Positions 47,320-60,038 of a DNA stretch of 64,000 nt are shown here, piece by piece. The DNA is taken from NCBI RefSeq assembly GCF_963921235.1, contig NC_086097.1, positions 159,776,001 to 159,840,000 of the forward strand. The letters run 5' to 3'. The notes below the pieces were generated by a model. The model saw only the letters and a list, made by a program, of their open reading frames with translations. It made no database searches and had not been told where the DNA came from. How positions within the stretch are numbered: position 1 is the first letter of the stretch; each line of letters begins with the position of its first letter. Source of the stretch: Mobula hypostoma (Eukaryota). The position numbers were made by a program, and so were the translations under genes.

Positions 47320-49380
47320 TGAGGAAGGTGGTCTTAGGCCACAGAATGATTTTGGTTGGCTGAGCATCAGCAGATAACATTTAATTCTGATGAAAGTGAG
47401 GTGGTGAATTAAGAAAAGGAGTTTGATTATGCAGGTTAGAGCCCTAGGGAGCAATGCAGATTAGAGAAACAAGGCTATAGATAACCAAAGATGGCAGCAA
47501 AAGTAGATAAGCTGGTGAAGAGACTTATGATATGCTTGCCTTCTTCAGCCAGGATACAGAAATCACAGAGGTCATGGTAACATTATAAACCTTGGTTTGG
47601 CTACATCTAGGGTATGTGTGTGTTACTGGTAATCACATTCTAAGGAGAAAATGATTACACTGCATGCAGAGAAGATTTACCAGAATGTTGACTGTGATTG
47701 AATAGTTAGGCTGACCTCAGTGGTTGGGAAGATGTTGGAGTCAGTCATTAAGAATGAGATTATGGAGTGGTTGGTGACACAGGACAAGATAGGACAAAGT
47801 CAGCGTGGTTTCCTTGAGGGAAAATCTTGCCTGACAAACCTGTTGGAATTCTTTAAGGAGATTTCAAGTAGGATAGATAAAAGGGGTGTAGTGGATGTTG
47901 TACATTTGGACTTGCAGAAGGCCTTTGATAAGGTGACACACATAAGACTACAGAGCCAAGCTAAGAGCCCATGGTATTACAGGAAAGTTTCTAGCATGGT
48001 TAGATCATGGGCTGATTGGTAGGAGGCAGCCTTTTCTGGTTATCTACCAGTGGCTAGTGGTGTACTACAGGGGTCAGTGTTGGGATCACATCTTTTTATG
48101 CTGTATATCAGTGATTAAGATGATGAATTGGATGGCTTTGTTGTCAAGTTTGTTGCTGATACAAAGATTGGTGGAGGGGCAGGTAGTGTTGAGGAAACAG
48201 ATAGGCTGCAAAAGGACTTAGACAGATTAGGAGAATGGGCAAGAGTGTGGCAACTGAAATCCAATGTGGGAAAATGCATGATCATACACTGTGATAATAG
48301 AAATAAATATGCAGACTACTTTCTAAATGTGGAGAAAATCCAAAAATCTGAGATGCAAAGGGTCTTGGAAGTCCTTGTACAGAACACCCTAAAGATTACT
48401 TTGCAGGTAGAGTCGGGGGAGAGGAGGACAAATGCAATGTTAGCATTCACTTCAAGAGGTCTAGAATACAGGAGCAGGGATGTGGTGCTGAGGCTTTATA
48501 AGGCACTGGTGAGGTCTCTCCTTGAGGATTGTGAACAGTTTTGGGCCCTTCATCGAAGAAAAGATCTGCTGGCATTGGATGGGGTTGAGAGGAGGTTCAC
48601 AAGGATGATTCTGGGAATGAAAGGGTTATCTTGCAAGGAACATATGATAGCTTTGTGTCTGTACTCGCTGGAATTTAGAAGGATGAGGGGGATTCTCATT
48701 GAAACCTTTCGAATGTCAAAAGGCCTAGACAGAGTAGACGTGGAAAGGATGTTTCCCATGGTGGGAGAGTCTAGGACAAGAGGGCACAGCCTCAGGATAG
48801 AGGGACATCCATTTAAAAGATGCAATGAAATTTATTTAGCCAGAGGGTGGTGAATTTGTGGAATTTATTACCACAGGAGGCCGTGGAGGCCAGGTCACTG
48901 GGTGTATTTAAGGCAGATATAGACAGATTCTTGATTGGACGTGGCATCAACAGTTATGGAGAGAAGGCCGGGGAGTGAGGCTGAGGAGGGGAAATAAGAA
49001 TCAGCCATGATTGAATGGTGGAGCAGACTCGATAGGCCAAATAGCCTATTTCTACTCCTATGTCTTATGGTCTTATATCTATTATTAGGAGAATCTAAAT
49101 AGGCTGTTTTGTTTTCTTTGGAGCAGAGGAGACTGAGGGAGGTTGTGGAGTAGGGGTTAATCAAGTTGCACAAATAATGAAGGGTATAGGTACTGTTGAT
49201 AATGGTAATATCTAAAACCAAAGGACCAAGATTTAATCTAAGCAGTGAAAGGGTTAAAGGGGATATGAGGAAAAAAAAACACCAAATTGGTGATAACGAA
49301 GTACAACATACTGCCTGAGAAGACGGTGAAGGTAAGTACTCTCACGTTGAAATAGTACCTGAGCAAACACTTGAATCACA
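47320..49380 (+). mobile_element. CR1 (47710-49080, RT to tail) nested in an older CR1 3' part
   Basis: SQRGFLEGKSCLTNLLEFF, KFVADTKIGG, LRLYKALVR; tail tcttatggtctt; older pieces at 47320-47705 and 49085-49380. Confidence 0.9.
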
Positions 49381-50534
49381 AAATTAAATTTTTCCTTTTC
49401 CTTCTCTCGCTGTATTTTCAAAATTAATTTAATAAATTTCATATTATTTGCAGATGTGAATGCTAGACATTATATATTATCTAGACTGTAAAAAAATTGT
49501 ATTTACTTAAATCTATTTGATAGCATTGACATGTTACAGCAGATTTGATACAATATCAGACACCTTATAAATAACGTTACCGTTCTGATGTTGTCTGTTC
49601 AACTACAATGTTAGAAGATCAAAATTTAATTTATTGCTTGATAAGTACACTTTAATCTCTTCATTATTCCAACACATATAGCTAGAATGTACACCTCTTG
49701 CATTTTGAGCTGTTTAAAACTGCTGTACCTGCTTTTCTAAAGATTCAATTAATAACTGAATAACCATGTTTAATTTTATCAATGCACCATTGGCAAACCC
49801 AGCTCTTCTAGATAAGACTTCAAGTCAAGGACCCCTTTTCTTTTCCAGATAAGTTATATCTGAGGAAGGCAGAATGTTACACCCTCAGCCAAGATTATAA
49901 GACAAATTATACAGTATGTCACCCTTTCATTGCCGTTTATTGCAGCTACCATGCCAGCACAGCATTTTGGATTTTCATTGTACTTCATCAGTTGCAAGTT
50001 GACTTAAGTTGCCCTGAAGTCATGAAACATACCGCAAAAATTCATTTTGGAGCTCATTTCTTCTCTTACTCCTATCATCATCTTCTTTTATATGAACCTC
50101 AATGTCTATTTCCCTCCCTTCTTAATTTTCCTTCTTAATTTTTAGTCTTATGTCTGGGCACTCACAATGTGTTCCTTCTTTGTAGAAAGGTGGAAGGGTA
50201 CCTTTAAGAATTGGTTTATGTCAACCTTGACAGGTTGTTGTATCAAGCCGCTGCGGTTTTAATTGACATCTACAGGTTTCCAAAGGATAATCTGTTAATA
50301 ACTCAATTTACTTCTGAGATCCAACTCACAAAGGGACATGTGGAAACTACACTTTTCATCTTTCTTTATCTCTTACTTTTTCCAGTCTTTGTTTCTTCAT
50401 TTATTAATTTCTTCCTAACTATCTTCCTTCTTTTCTTGACTGTTTCCTGCCTTCCTAAATATATATTCATTGAAAAAAATTAATATTTGAGCATCCTACT
50501 GAAAGTAGCAATGGTGGTGCTTCTTCAATTCACT

Positions 50535-52065
50535 TAAATTCAGCAGTCTGAGGTACTCATCTGCTTCAGGAAGGCTTCAATTATACTGGCACCCAAAAAG
50601 AATGTGGTGACCTAACTGAATGACTATTGTCCAGTAGCACTTAGATCCACAGTGATGAATTGTTTTGAGAGGTTGGTGATGAAACATATCAACTCCTGAC
50701 TGACTAAGAAGCAACTTAGATCCACTGCAACTTCCCTTCTGAAGCAACAGGTCCACAACAGATGTCATCTCATTGGGTCTCACTCAAAATCTGGACTATC
50801 TGGACAGCAAAGATGTCTACATTAGGATGTTCCTTATCGACTACAACTCAGCATTCAATACCATCATTCCCTCAGAACTAATCAATGATCTCCTAGCCCT
50901 TGACTTCAATGCCTCCTTGTGCAATTGGATCCTCTATTTCCTCATTTCCCAGTCACTTTGGATTGGCAACATCTCCTGCATGATCGCCATCAGCACAGTT
51001 GCACCACAAGGCTGTGTGCTTAGCCCCCACTCTACTCATTTTACACTTATGACTGTGTAGCTAAGCACAGCTCCAATGCCATATTCAATTTTGCTGATGA
51101 CACTACTGTCATACTCCAGATCAAATGTGGCGATGAATCAGATATAACAGAAAGACTGAAAATCTGGCTGAGTGGTGGCAAATCAACAATCTCTTACTCA
51201 AGGTCAGCAAGACCAATGAATTGATTATTGACTTCAGGAGAAGGAAACCAGAGATCCATGAGCCAGCCTTCATCAGAAGATCAGAAGTGAAGAGGGTCAG
51301 CAACTTTAAGTTCCTCGGTGTGATTATTTCAGAAGACCTGTCCTAGACCGAGCACATAAGTACAATTATGAAGAAAGCACGGCAGTGCCTCTACTTCATT
51401 AGGAGAGTGTGAAGATTCAGCATGACGCCTAAAACTTTGACAAATATCTATAGATGTGTAGTAGAGAGTATATTGACTGGCTGCATCACAGCCTGGTATG
51501 GAAACACTAAAGCCGTTGAACAAAAAAATCCTACAAAAGTAGTGGATTCAGCCAAATCCATCATGGGTAAAGCCCTCCCCACCATTGTGTACATCTACAT
51601 GAAACACTGTTGCAGGAAGGTAGCATTCATCATCAGGGACCCCCACCATCCAGGACATGCTCTCTTCTCGCTGCTGCCATCAGGAAGATTGTATAGGAGC
51701 CTCGGAACTACACCACCAACTACCCCTCAACTGTCAGGCTCTTGAATCAAAGGGGATAACTTCACTTGTCCATCATTGAAATGCTTCCACAACCAATGGA
51801 CTCACTTTCAAGGACTCATTATCTCATGTTCTCGATATTTATTGCTTACTTATTTAATATTATTATTTCTTCCTTTCTGTATTTGCACAGTTTGTTGTCA
51901 TTTGCACACTGGTTGAATGCTGAAGCTGGTGTGGTCTTTCATTGATTCTGTTATGGCTATTATTCTATAGATTTATTGAGTATGCTCACAAGAAAATGAA
52001 TCTCAGGGTTGTATATGGTGATATACAGTATATGAACTTTGATAATAAATTTACTTTGAACTTTG
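50535..52065 (+). mobile_element. Rex1/Babar LINE (RT to 3' tail)
   Basis: [33 protein letters not shown], tttgctgatgac (FADD), CVVESILTGCITAWYG; tail actttgaactttg. Confidence 0.9.
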
Positions 52066-52109
52066 TGTTGAATAAAATTTTTCAAATATCTTTGGCTATC
52101 ATCAGGGGC

Positions 52110-53070
52110 AGGTTTGTTTAAATGACCTCTCTCCCCAGCTTTCATCATTCTGAAGAGATTATTTCTTCTGGTTCATCCTTCCATTTCTCCACCACTCCAC
52201 ATCTCTTGGCATCTTCCAATACAAGTGCAACCTCTGCCATTTTATCTCCTCCCTTCTCACTATCTGGGATTTAAACCCTCTGTCCAAATTAGTGACTTAA
52301 TTGCACCTCTTCCAATTTTACACTCTGTATTCAGTGCCCATTCTGTTTCAGGAAGGCTAAGTGTTGTTTGAGCACTTCTCGGAACATCACCATTTAGTCA
52401 GCAAAGGTAATCCCAGGCTGCCACTTGATTATCATTTTAATTCCTCAGCCCACTGTCACACTGATCTCACTGTCTTTGTCCTCTTGAAGCAGCCCAGTGT
52501 CAGCTCCATGAACATCACGATTCTCCATACCCAATATTGAATTCATCAGTTTTAACAGGACCGTGTAAGAAGCCAAAAGACTGATCCTTACAGTTTGTGT
52601 CAGATTTGTCAGTTCTGTTGAAGGTTTGAAAAATTAATTGTTTCTCTTTCTATTGATTTTGCCTGATTTGCTAAATATATCAAGCATTCTCTATTTTTTA
52701 TTTCAGTTTCCCAGAACCTTCAGGGTTTCACTTCTCCGATGTGTATCTTAACTCTCAGTAAGTTTTTTAAAATATTTTTTCTTGCTTCTCAGTTTTTATT
52801 TTCTCCTTTTCATCATTTTTGGCAAGTCATCTATGATTTACAAATTTCAGAATCTTCTCCTAGCCAGCATCATTGCCTCTTGTGTAATTCAGTCCCTCTT
52901 AGTTTTCTTCCAATCACAGATATTCTCCTTGTTTCCTCTTCTCTCTCCATTTACTGCAATTTAAAACATGTTGATTTTCTATATTTTCTCAACACTGGTG
53001 AAATGCCATCAACCTGAAGCATAACCTCAGTTTATCTCTCCACAAACCCTGTCTGACTATTTCCAACATT
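52110..53070 (+). mobile_element. Very old Penelope-like endonuclease and tail remnants
   Basis: cacttctcggaacatcaccatttagtcagcaaaggtaatcccaggctgccacttgattatcattttaattc (degenerate F.EH...LP...HFNS); tail-like pieces at 52610-52720 and 52990-53070. Confidence 0.55.
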
Positions 53071-53698
53071 TCATAGAATATAGAAATCTACAGCACATTA
53101 CAGACCCTTCTGCCTATAATGTTGTGGCAACCATCTCTAATGTTGTGGCAACCTACTCTACAAACTGCCTAGAACTTCCCCCTCTATGTTCCTAAGTTCC
53201 ATGTACCTATCTAAGAGTCTCTTAAAAGACCCTGTTGTATCTGCCTCTACCACCGTCGCTGGCAGTGCATTCCACACACCCACCATTCTCTGTGTGAAAA
53301 ACTTATCTCTGACATCTCCACTGTACCTACTTCTAAGCACCTTAAAACTATGCCCCATCATGTTAGCTATTTCAGCCTGGGATCTGGCTATCCACACAAT
53401 CAATGCCTCTCATCATCTTATCCACTTCTATTAGGTCACCTCTCATGCTCCGTCGCTCCAAGGAGAAAAGGCCAAGTTCATTCAACCTGTTCTCATAAGG
53501 TACACTCTCTAACCAAGGCAACATCCTTGTAAATCTCCTCTGTACTTTCTCTATAGTATCCACATCCTTCCTGTGGTGAGGTGACCAGAACTGAACACAG
53601 TACTCCAAGTGGGGTCTGACCAAGGTCTTCTATAGCTGTAACATTACCTGGCTCTTGAACTCAATCCCTCAGTTGACGAATGCCAACACACCATACAC

Positions 53699-54901
53699 CA
53701 GCGGTCCCCAACCACCGGGCCGCGGACCGGTACCGGGCCGCAGAGCATTTGCTACCAGGCCGCGAGGAAACTATATGATTTGGCGATATGAGTCAGCTGC
53801 ACCTTTCCTCATTCCCTGTCACGTCCACTGTTGAGCTTGAACACATGCGAGGTCATTAACAACGCGTCATCCATGTCAGCGCAGGAAGAAGATCAACTCC
53901 TCAAGCTTGCAAATGATGGTGAGCTGAAAAGTATGTTTGACATAACATCTCTGCCGGCATTCTGGATCAAAGTCAAGGCTAAATATCCTGAGGTAGCCAC
54001 GAAAGAACTGAAAACGTTGCTTCCATTTCCAACATATCTCTGCAATGAATGCAACTAAATAGACTGGACATAAGGAAACTCCTTCGAGTATCGCTGTCTC
54101 CCACCACCCCTCGATGGCACCGTCTTGTTGCAGGGAAACAAGCCCAGGGCTCCCACTGATTCAGCGATACTGGTGTGTTGCAATGATTTTATATGTTCAT
54201 ACGGGGAAAATATGTGCTGTGTCTTTAATATCCAAACATTACTTAAAATGTTATGATGCTATTGACTGATAAGTGACTTATATAACCATGTAACAATTAC
54301 AGCATGGAAATAGGCGATCTCAGCCCTCCTAGTCCGTGCCGAAAGCTACTCTCACCCTAGTCCCACCGACCTGCACTCAGCCCATAACCCTCCATTCCTT
54401 TCCTGTCCATATACCTATCCAAGTTTTCTTTAAATAATATCGAACCTGCCTCTACCACTTATACTGGAAAACCTTTCAGCACTTACTTCAAGCTCCCCGT
54501 CCTCCCCTGATGATTGACTTATCACTATATTCATGCGATGAAAATATGCGCTGTGCGTTTAATATTAAATTTGTTAGATAAACCCTTTTAGAAACGAAAT
54601 TGAGTGTATTAGCCCCTTATTACCAATATTCTGGTCGTGATGAACACCCCCCCCCCCGCACCCCCGAACAGAATCACCAAAAACGCTTTGCAGAGAATAA
54701 TATTGGCAGGTACATGCATGCGCAGGTCATGCATGGGCACTGGTGCCCGCGCAAGGCTTCATGGTCATTGTAGTCTTCTTTTGACTGCTACTCTTGTCCA
54801 TTGGCAACCCTACCTTCCCCCCCCCCCCCGGGCTGGCCGGTCCGCAAGAATATTGTCAATATTAAACTGGTCTGCAGCGCAAAAAAGGTTGGGGACCCCT
54901 G
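53699..54901 (+). mobile_element. Non-autonomous hAT (Charlie/Buster-type) DNA transposon, 1203 bp, nested in CR1
   Basis: TIRs cagcggtccccaacc / ggttggggacccctg; perfect 8-bp TSD ccatacac (53691-53698, 54902-54909) with central TA; transposase dimerisation-domain remnant SLPAFWIKVKAKYPEVATK.LKTLLPFPTYLC. Confidence 0.95.
54281..54470 (-). mobile_element. CR1 3' tail inside the hAT element
   Basis: taaccatgtaacaattacagcatggaaataggc...ccataaccctccattcctttcctgtccatatacctatcc...cctgcctctaccact. Confidence 0.75.
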
Positions 54902-57900
54902 CCATACACCTTCTTAACAACACTGTCAACCTGCACAGCAGCTTTGAGTGTCCTATTGACACGTACCCCAAGATCTGTCAGATCATCCATACTGCCAAGA
55001 GTCTTACCATTCTGTCATTATATTCTGTCTTCAAATTTGACCTACTGAAATGAACCACTTCACATTTATCTGGGTTGAACTCCATTTGCCACTTCTCAGC
55101 CCAGTTCTGCATCCTATCAATGTCCTGCTGTAACCTTTGACTACCATCCGAACTATCCACAACACCCCCAACTTTTGTATCATTAGGAATCTTACATACC
55201 ACCCTTTTACTTCCACATCAAGGGCATTTATAAAAATCATAAAGAGGAGGGTTCCCAGAACAGATCCCTGTGGAACACCAGAGGTTACTGACCTCCATAC
55301 AGAATATGAACCATTTACAACTACCCTTTACCTAATGTGGGCAAGTCAATTCTGGATCCAAAATGAAAGATTTCCCTGGATCCCATACCTCCGTACTCTG
55401 CATGGGCTACCTTATCAAATGCCTTACTGAAATCCATATACACTACATCCACTATTCTACCTTCATCAATGTGTTTTGTTACATCTTCAAAGAATTCCAT
55501 CAGGCTCATAAGGCACGACCTGCCCTTGACAAAGTCATGCTGACAATCCCTAATTAGATTATGTCTCTCCAAATGCTCATAAATCCTGCATCTGAGGATC
55601 TTCTCCAACAACCTGCCCACCACTGAAGTAAGACTCACTGGTCTATAATTTCCTGTGTTATCTCTACTCCCTTTCTTGAACAAGGGAACAGCATTTGCAA
55701 CCCTCCAATCCTCTGGTATTTCTTCCGTCCCTATTGATGATGTGAAGATCATCGCCAGATGCTCAGCAATCTCCTCCCTCACTTCCCACAGTAGCCTGGG
55801 GTATATCTTGTCTGGTCCCAGTGACTTATTTAACTCAATGCTTTTCAAACGTGCCAGCACATCCTCTTTCTTAATGTCTACAGTATATGCTCAAGCGTTT
55901 CAGTTCACTGTATGTCATCCTCACAATTGCTAAGGTCTTTTTCCCTGGTGAATACTGAAGCAAAGTATTCATTAAGTACCTCCGCTACCTTCTCCAATTC
56001 CATGCACATTTTTCTACTCTCACACCAGAATGGTCCTATTCTCACCCTCTTGCTCTTCACCCACTTGCAGAATGCCTTGGTGCTTTCCTTAATCCTGCTT
56101 GCCAAGGCTTTCTCATGGCCCCTTCTGGCTCTCCTAATTCCATCCTTAACCTCCTTTCTGGTAACCCTGTAATTTTCTAGAGTTCTATCAGTGCCTACAA
56201 ACGTAGTTTGTAGTTTCTTAAACCTTTCATACGTTTTCCTTTTCTTTTTAACTTTCCACATCCTTTGTGCACCATGTTTCTTTTACCCTACCATCCTTTC
56301 CCTGCTCAATGGAACATACCTATGCAGAACACCATGCAAATGTTCCCTGAATATATGACACATTTCTGCTGTGCATTTCCCTGAGAACATCTACTCCGAA
56401 TTAATACTCCCATGTTTTAGCATAATAGCATCTTATTTCCCCCACTCCTAATTAAATGTTTCCCAAATTATCTGCTCTAATTGCTCTCCAGCACGACAGT
56501 AAAGGAGATAGAGTTGTGGTCACTACCTCCAAAATGCTCTCCCACTGAGATCTGACACCTGACCAGGTTCATTTCCCAAAACCAGATCAAGTACAGCCTC
56601 TCCTCTAGTTGGCTTACCTACATATTATGTCAGGAAACTTTCCTGAACATACCTAACAAACTCCACCCCATCCAAATCCCTTACTTTAAGGAGATGCCAG
56701 TCAATATTAGGAAAGTTAAAATCACCCATCACAACAACCCTATTATTATTGCACCATTCCCAGATCTGCCTCCCCATCTGCTCCTCGATATCTCTGTTAC
56801 TATTGGAGAAGTCTATGAAAAAAACACCCAGTAGAGTTATTGGCCCCTTCCTGTTTCTGACTTCCACCCACACTGACTCAGTAGACAATTCCTCTATGAC
56901 TTCCTTCTTTTCTGCAGCCTTGACACTATCCCTGATTAGCAATATCACACCCCCATCTTTTTTGCCTCCCTCCCTGTCCTTTATGAAGCACCTAAAGCCC
57001 GGCACACTCAGCAGCCATTCCTGCCCTGGGACATCCAAGTCTGTGTAATGGTCACAATATCATAGTTCCACTATTGATCCACGCTTTAAGTTCATCCACC
57101 TTGTTTAGGATGCTCCTTGCATTAAAATAGGCACATCTCAAACCATCTGGTTGAGCGCATCTTTGCTTTATTATCTGCATATTCTTTCTCACGAACTCTC
57201 TACAAGCTGTCTCTACTTGTGCGTCAACTGCCCCATCCTCTGCCTCTTCACTTCAGTTCCCCCCCGCCGCAAATCTAGTTTAACCCCTCCCCAATCGTAT
57301 GAGCAAACCTCCCTCCCAGGATATTGGTTCCCCTCCGGTTCAGCTGCAACCTATCCCATTTGTACAGTCACCCCTTCCCCAGCAAAAGTTCCAATGATCC
57401 AAGAACTTGAAACCCTGCCTGCTGCACCATCTCCTCAGCCACTGACTTAGCTGTGCTGTCTTCCTGTTCTGACCTTCCCTGGCTCATTGCACCGGGAGTA
57501 ATCCAGAGATTACCACCTTGGAGGTCCTGCATTTCAGCCTCCTTCCTAACTCCCTAATCTTACTGCGCAGAACCTCTACCCCTCTCCTGCCTATGTCATC
57601 GGTACCAATATGTACTACGACCTCTGGCTGCTCACCCTTCCCTTCAAGAATATTCTGCAACTGCTCAGAGACATCCAGGACCCTAGCACCCAGGAGACAA
57701 CACATTACCCTGGTGTCTCCTTTGCTGCAGCAGAGTCTCCTATCTGTCCCCCTAACTATCAAGTGCCCTATGACTATTGCTCCGCCTGACTTCACCCTAC
57801 CCTTCTGAGGCTCAGAGCTGACCATTATGCTATTAGTCTGGCAGTTGCTGCCCTGCCCAGAAAGGTCATATCCCTCATCAGTATCCAAAGGGGTATACCT

Positions 57901-58639
57901 GTTGCTGAGGGGATTGGCCACAAGGGGACCTTGCACTGACTTCTTTCTCCCCTTACCTCTCTTGGTGTTCACCCATCTACTCCCTGAATTCTGCACTCTG
58001 TGTGTAACCACCTGCTCAAAAGTCTTATCTGTCTATTTCTCTGCCCCCTGGACGATCCTTAGTTCGTCCGACTCCTGCTCCAACTCCTTAATGTGATCTT
58101 ACAGGAGCTGGGGTTGGCTGCACTTCCCGCAGGTGCAGTCATCAGGAGGACCATCAGGTTCCCTGAATTTCCACATCCTACAGGAGAAGCATTCCACTGC
58201 CATATCTGCTGTCCTGCACTGTACTATGGGCAACCAAGACCGAATTAGCAACAGCCAAAGGAAAAACCTACCCTTCTTACCTGTTTCTTTGGCCTCAGTC
58301 TGTTGAGTCAAAGCCTCTAAGTTCCCACTCTGACTCTAGCTCTCACTCCGATGATGAACACTCCGCTAGACCCTATCCCTCTTTTATGGTTTAAAAAATA
58401 AGAAAATCTCCCATGCAAAGAGGAAGAACTCATTGTGTTTGGTGGCGCTCCACCTGCCTTCTGCTGCCGCTGATGCCGTTGACACTTCCCATGCTTGCAG
58501 GAATTTTGTTTCGGATTTCCATCATCTGCTAACTTATGCTTTTGTATTACAGTTTAAACCTTGTTCTGTTTTCCATTTCAGTCATTTTATATGTATGTAA
58601 TAAAACATCAGGTGATAATAGGAGCTGAATTTAGATACA

Positions 58640-58870
58640 GGAAAATGCTGCAGCAGTTAATACTGATGCCTCCCAGATCTGGGTTCGATACTGACTTTGG
58701 ACACTGGCTATGTGGAGTTTGCCCACTCACCCCATAACAGCACATTTTCCTTTCAGGTGTTCTGCTTTCTTTCAGCATCCTACTGAGCTACAGTAAGCCA
58801 CCACTTTGTGCAGCTTATTGGCAGAAAGAATCAAATAGGTTAATGGTGTCTGGGAGAGAGAATAAGGTGA
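58640..58870 (+). mobile_element. tRNA-derived V-SINE remnant
   Basis: B box gggttcgatac, V-domain tgtggagtttgccc. Confidence 0.7.
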
Positions 58871-59597
58871 AGGAATAAAAAGCACATTGCTGGAGGAGCT
58901 CAGTTAGTCAGGCAGCATCCAAGGGTTGAAAGGAATTGTTGAAGTTTTAGGTCAAGACCATGCATCTGGACATAGTTGGAGTCTAATCGTGTCTCTTGTG
59001 TGTTCTTCATGAAGTTTATTTTTTCTTAGTTGAAGGAGTATTAGGAAAGAAGAAAGAGGGAATGGGACAAGTGGAACTGCTCTCCTGGGATCCTGCACGG
59101 CCCAAATAATGTCCTTCCGCACCACTTATAAAGAATGTGATAGTTCAATGACACTGATTTCTAATCAAATAAGAATTAAGAGCAAGGCGAGGCCATGAGA
59201 TCACGACTGACCTGACTGTAACCTTTTAACTAGCAGTATGTTTCCCCCTGCACTAGAAGCTTATTTTATACAATAACTTTTGATGCATCACCTAATGAAG
59301 TGCTTTTTGGAAACCCAAGTGCATCCAGCTGTTCCTCTTTATCCACAGCACATGTTACTTTGTCAAAGAGCTCCAATAAATTGGTTGACATAGTTTAATC
59401 AGGCTGACTGTACCTGATTACTTTGAAATTTACTATGCATCTGGTATAAGGATTTTAATAACAGTTTCTAACATTTTCCTTTGCTGATGTTAAGCCACTT
59501 TTCCTCCTTTTTATGAATAAATGTGTTATATTTACTTGCTTTAATTTTTATGTCATTTTCCATGAATATAAAAATTTTTAGCAATTAAAACCATTGC

Positions 59598-60038
59598 AAC
59601 ACACACAAATTTCTGGGGAAACTCAGCAAGTCAGGCAGCATCTGTGGAAATGAATGAACAGTCGATACTTCAGTCTGAGACCCCTCTTCAGGACTGGAAT
59701 TGACAGGGGAAGACGCCAGAATAAAATAGTGGAGAGAGGGAAAGGAGGATAGCTAGAAGGTGATAGGTGAAGCCAGGTGGGTAGGAAAGAGACCCTACCT
59801 AGAGGGGAAGGAATCTGAAAGAGAGTGGACCCCAGGAGAAAAAGAAGGAGGAGCAGACCCAGGAGGAGATGATAGGCAGGTGAGAAGAGGAATGTGGCCA
59901 GAGTGGAGAATACAAGAAGAGGGGCGGGGGAGAGAACATTTTTAACCGGATGGAGAAATTGATAGTCATGCCATCAGGTTGGAGACTCTCCAAAAAGAAT
60001 ACAAGGTGGTTCTGTCCACCCTGAGGGTGGCCTCATCC
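59598..60038 (-). mobile_element. Penelope-like 3' region nested in an old - strand CR1 fragment (about 59280-60400)
   Basis: ESLQPDGMTINFS; ggaaactcagcaagtcaggcagcatctgtgg; flanks encode the CR1 motif NKEKANELSRHLASIFTV. Confidence 0.85.

Larger units (their letters stand above)
53072..58400 (-). mobile_element. Near full-length CR1 LINE (5' UTR, ORF1 zinc finger plus esterase, ORF2 APE endonuclease and RT, tail), decayed
   Basis: ORF1 MAVECFSCRMW..CTCGKC (ATG at 58203), AIVIGHLIVRG..PEVVVHIGTDDIG; ORF2 VVVMGDFNFPNIDW, NYRPVSLTS, YMDFSKAFDKV, VRPHLEYCVQFWSPH. Confidence 0.95.

Noticed and set aside
53831..54058. Host ZBED5/SCAND3-like gene
   Set aside because: Short transposase remnant enclosed by TIRs and an 8-bp TSD
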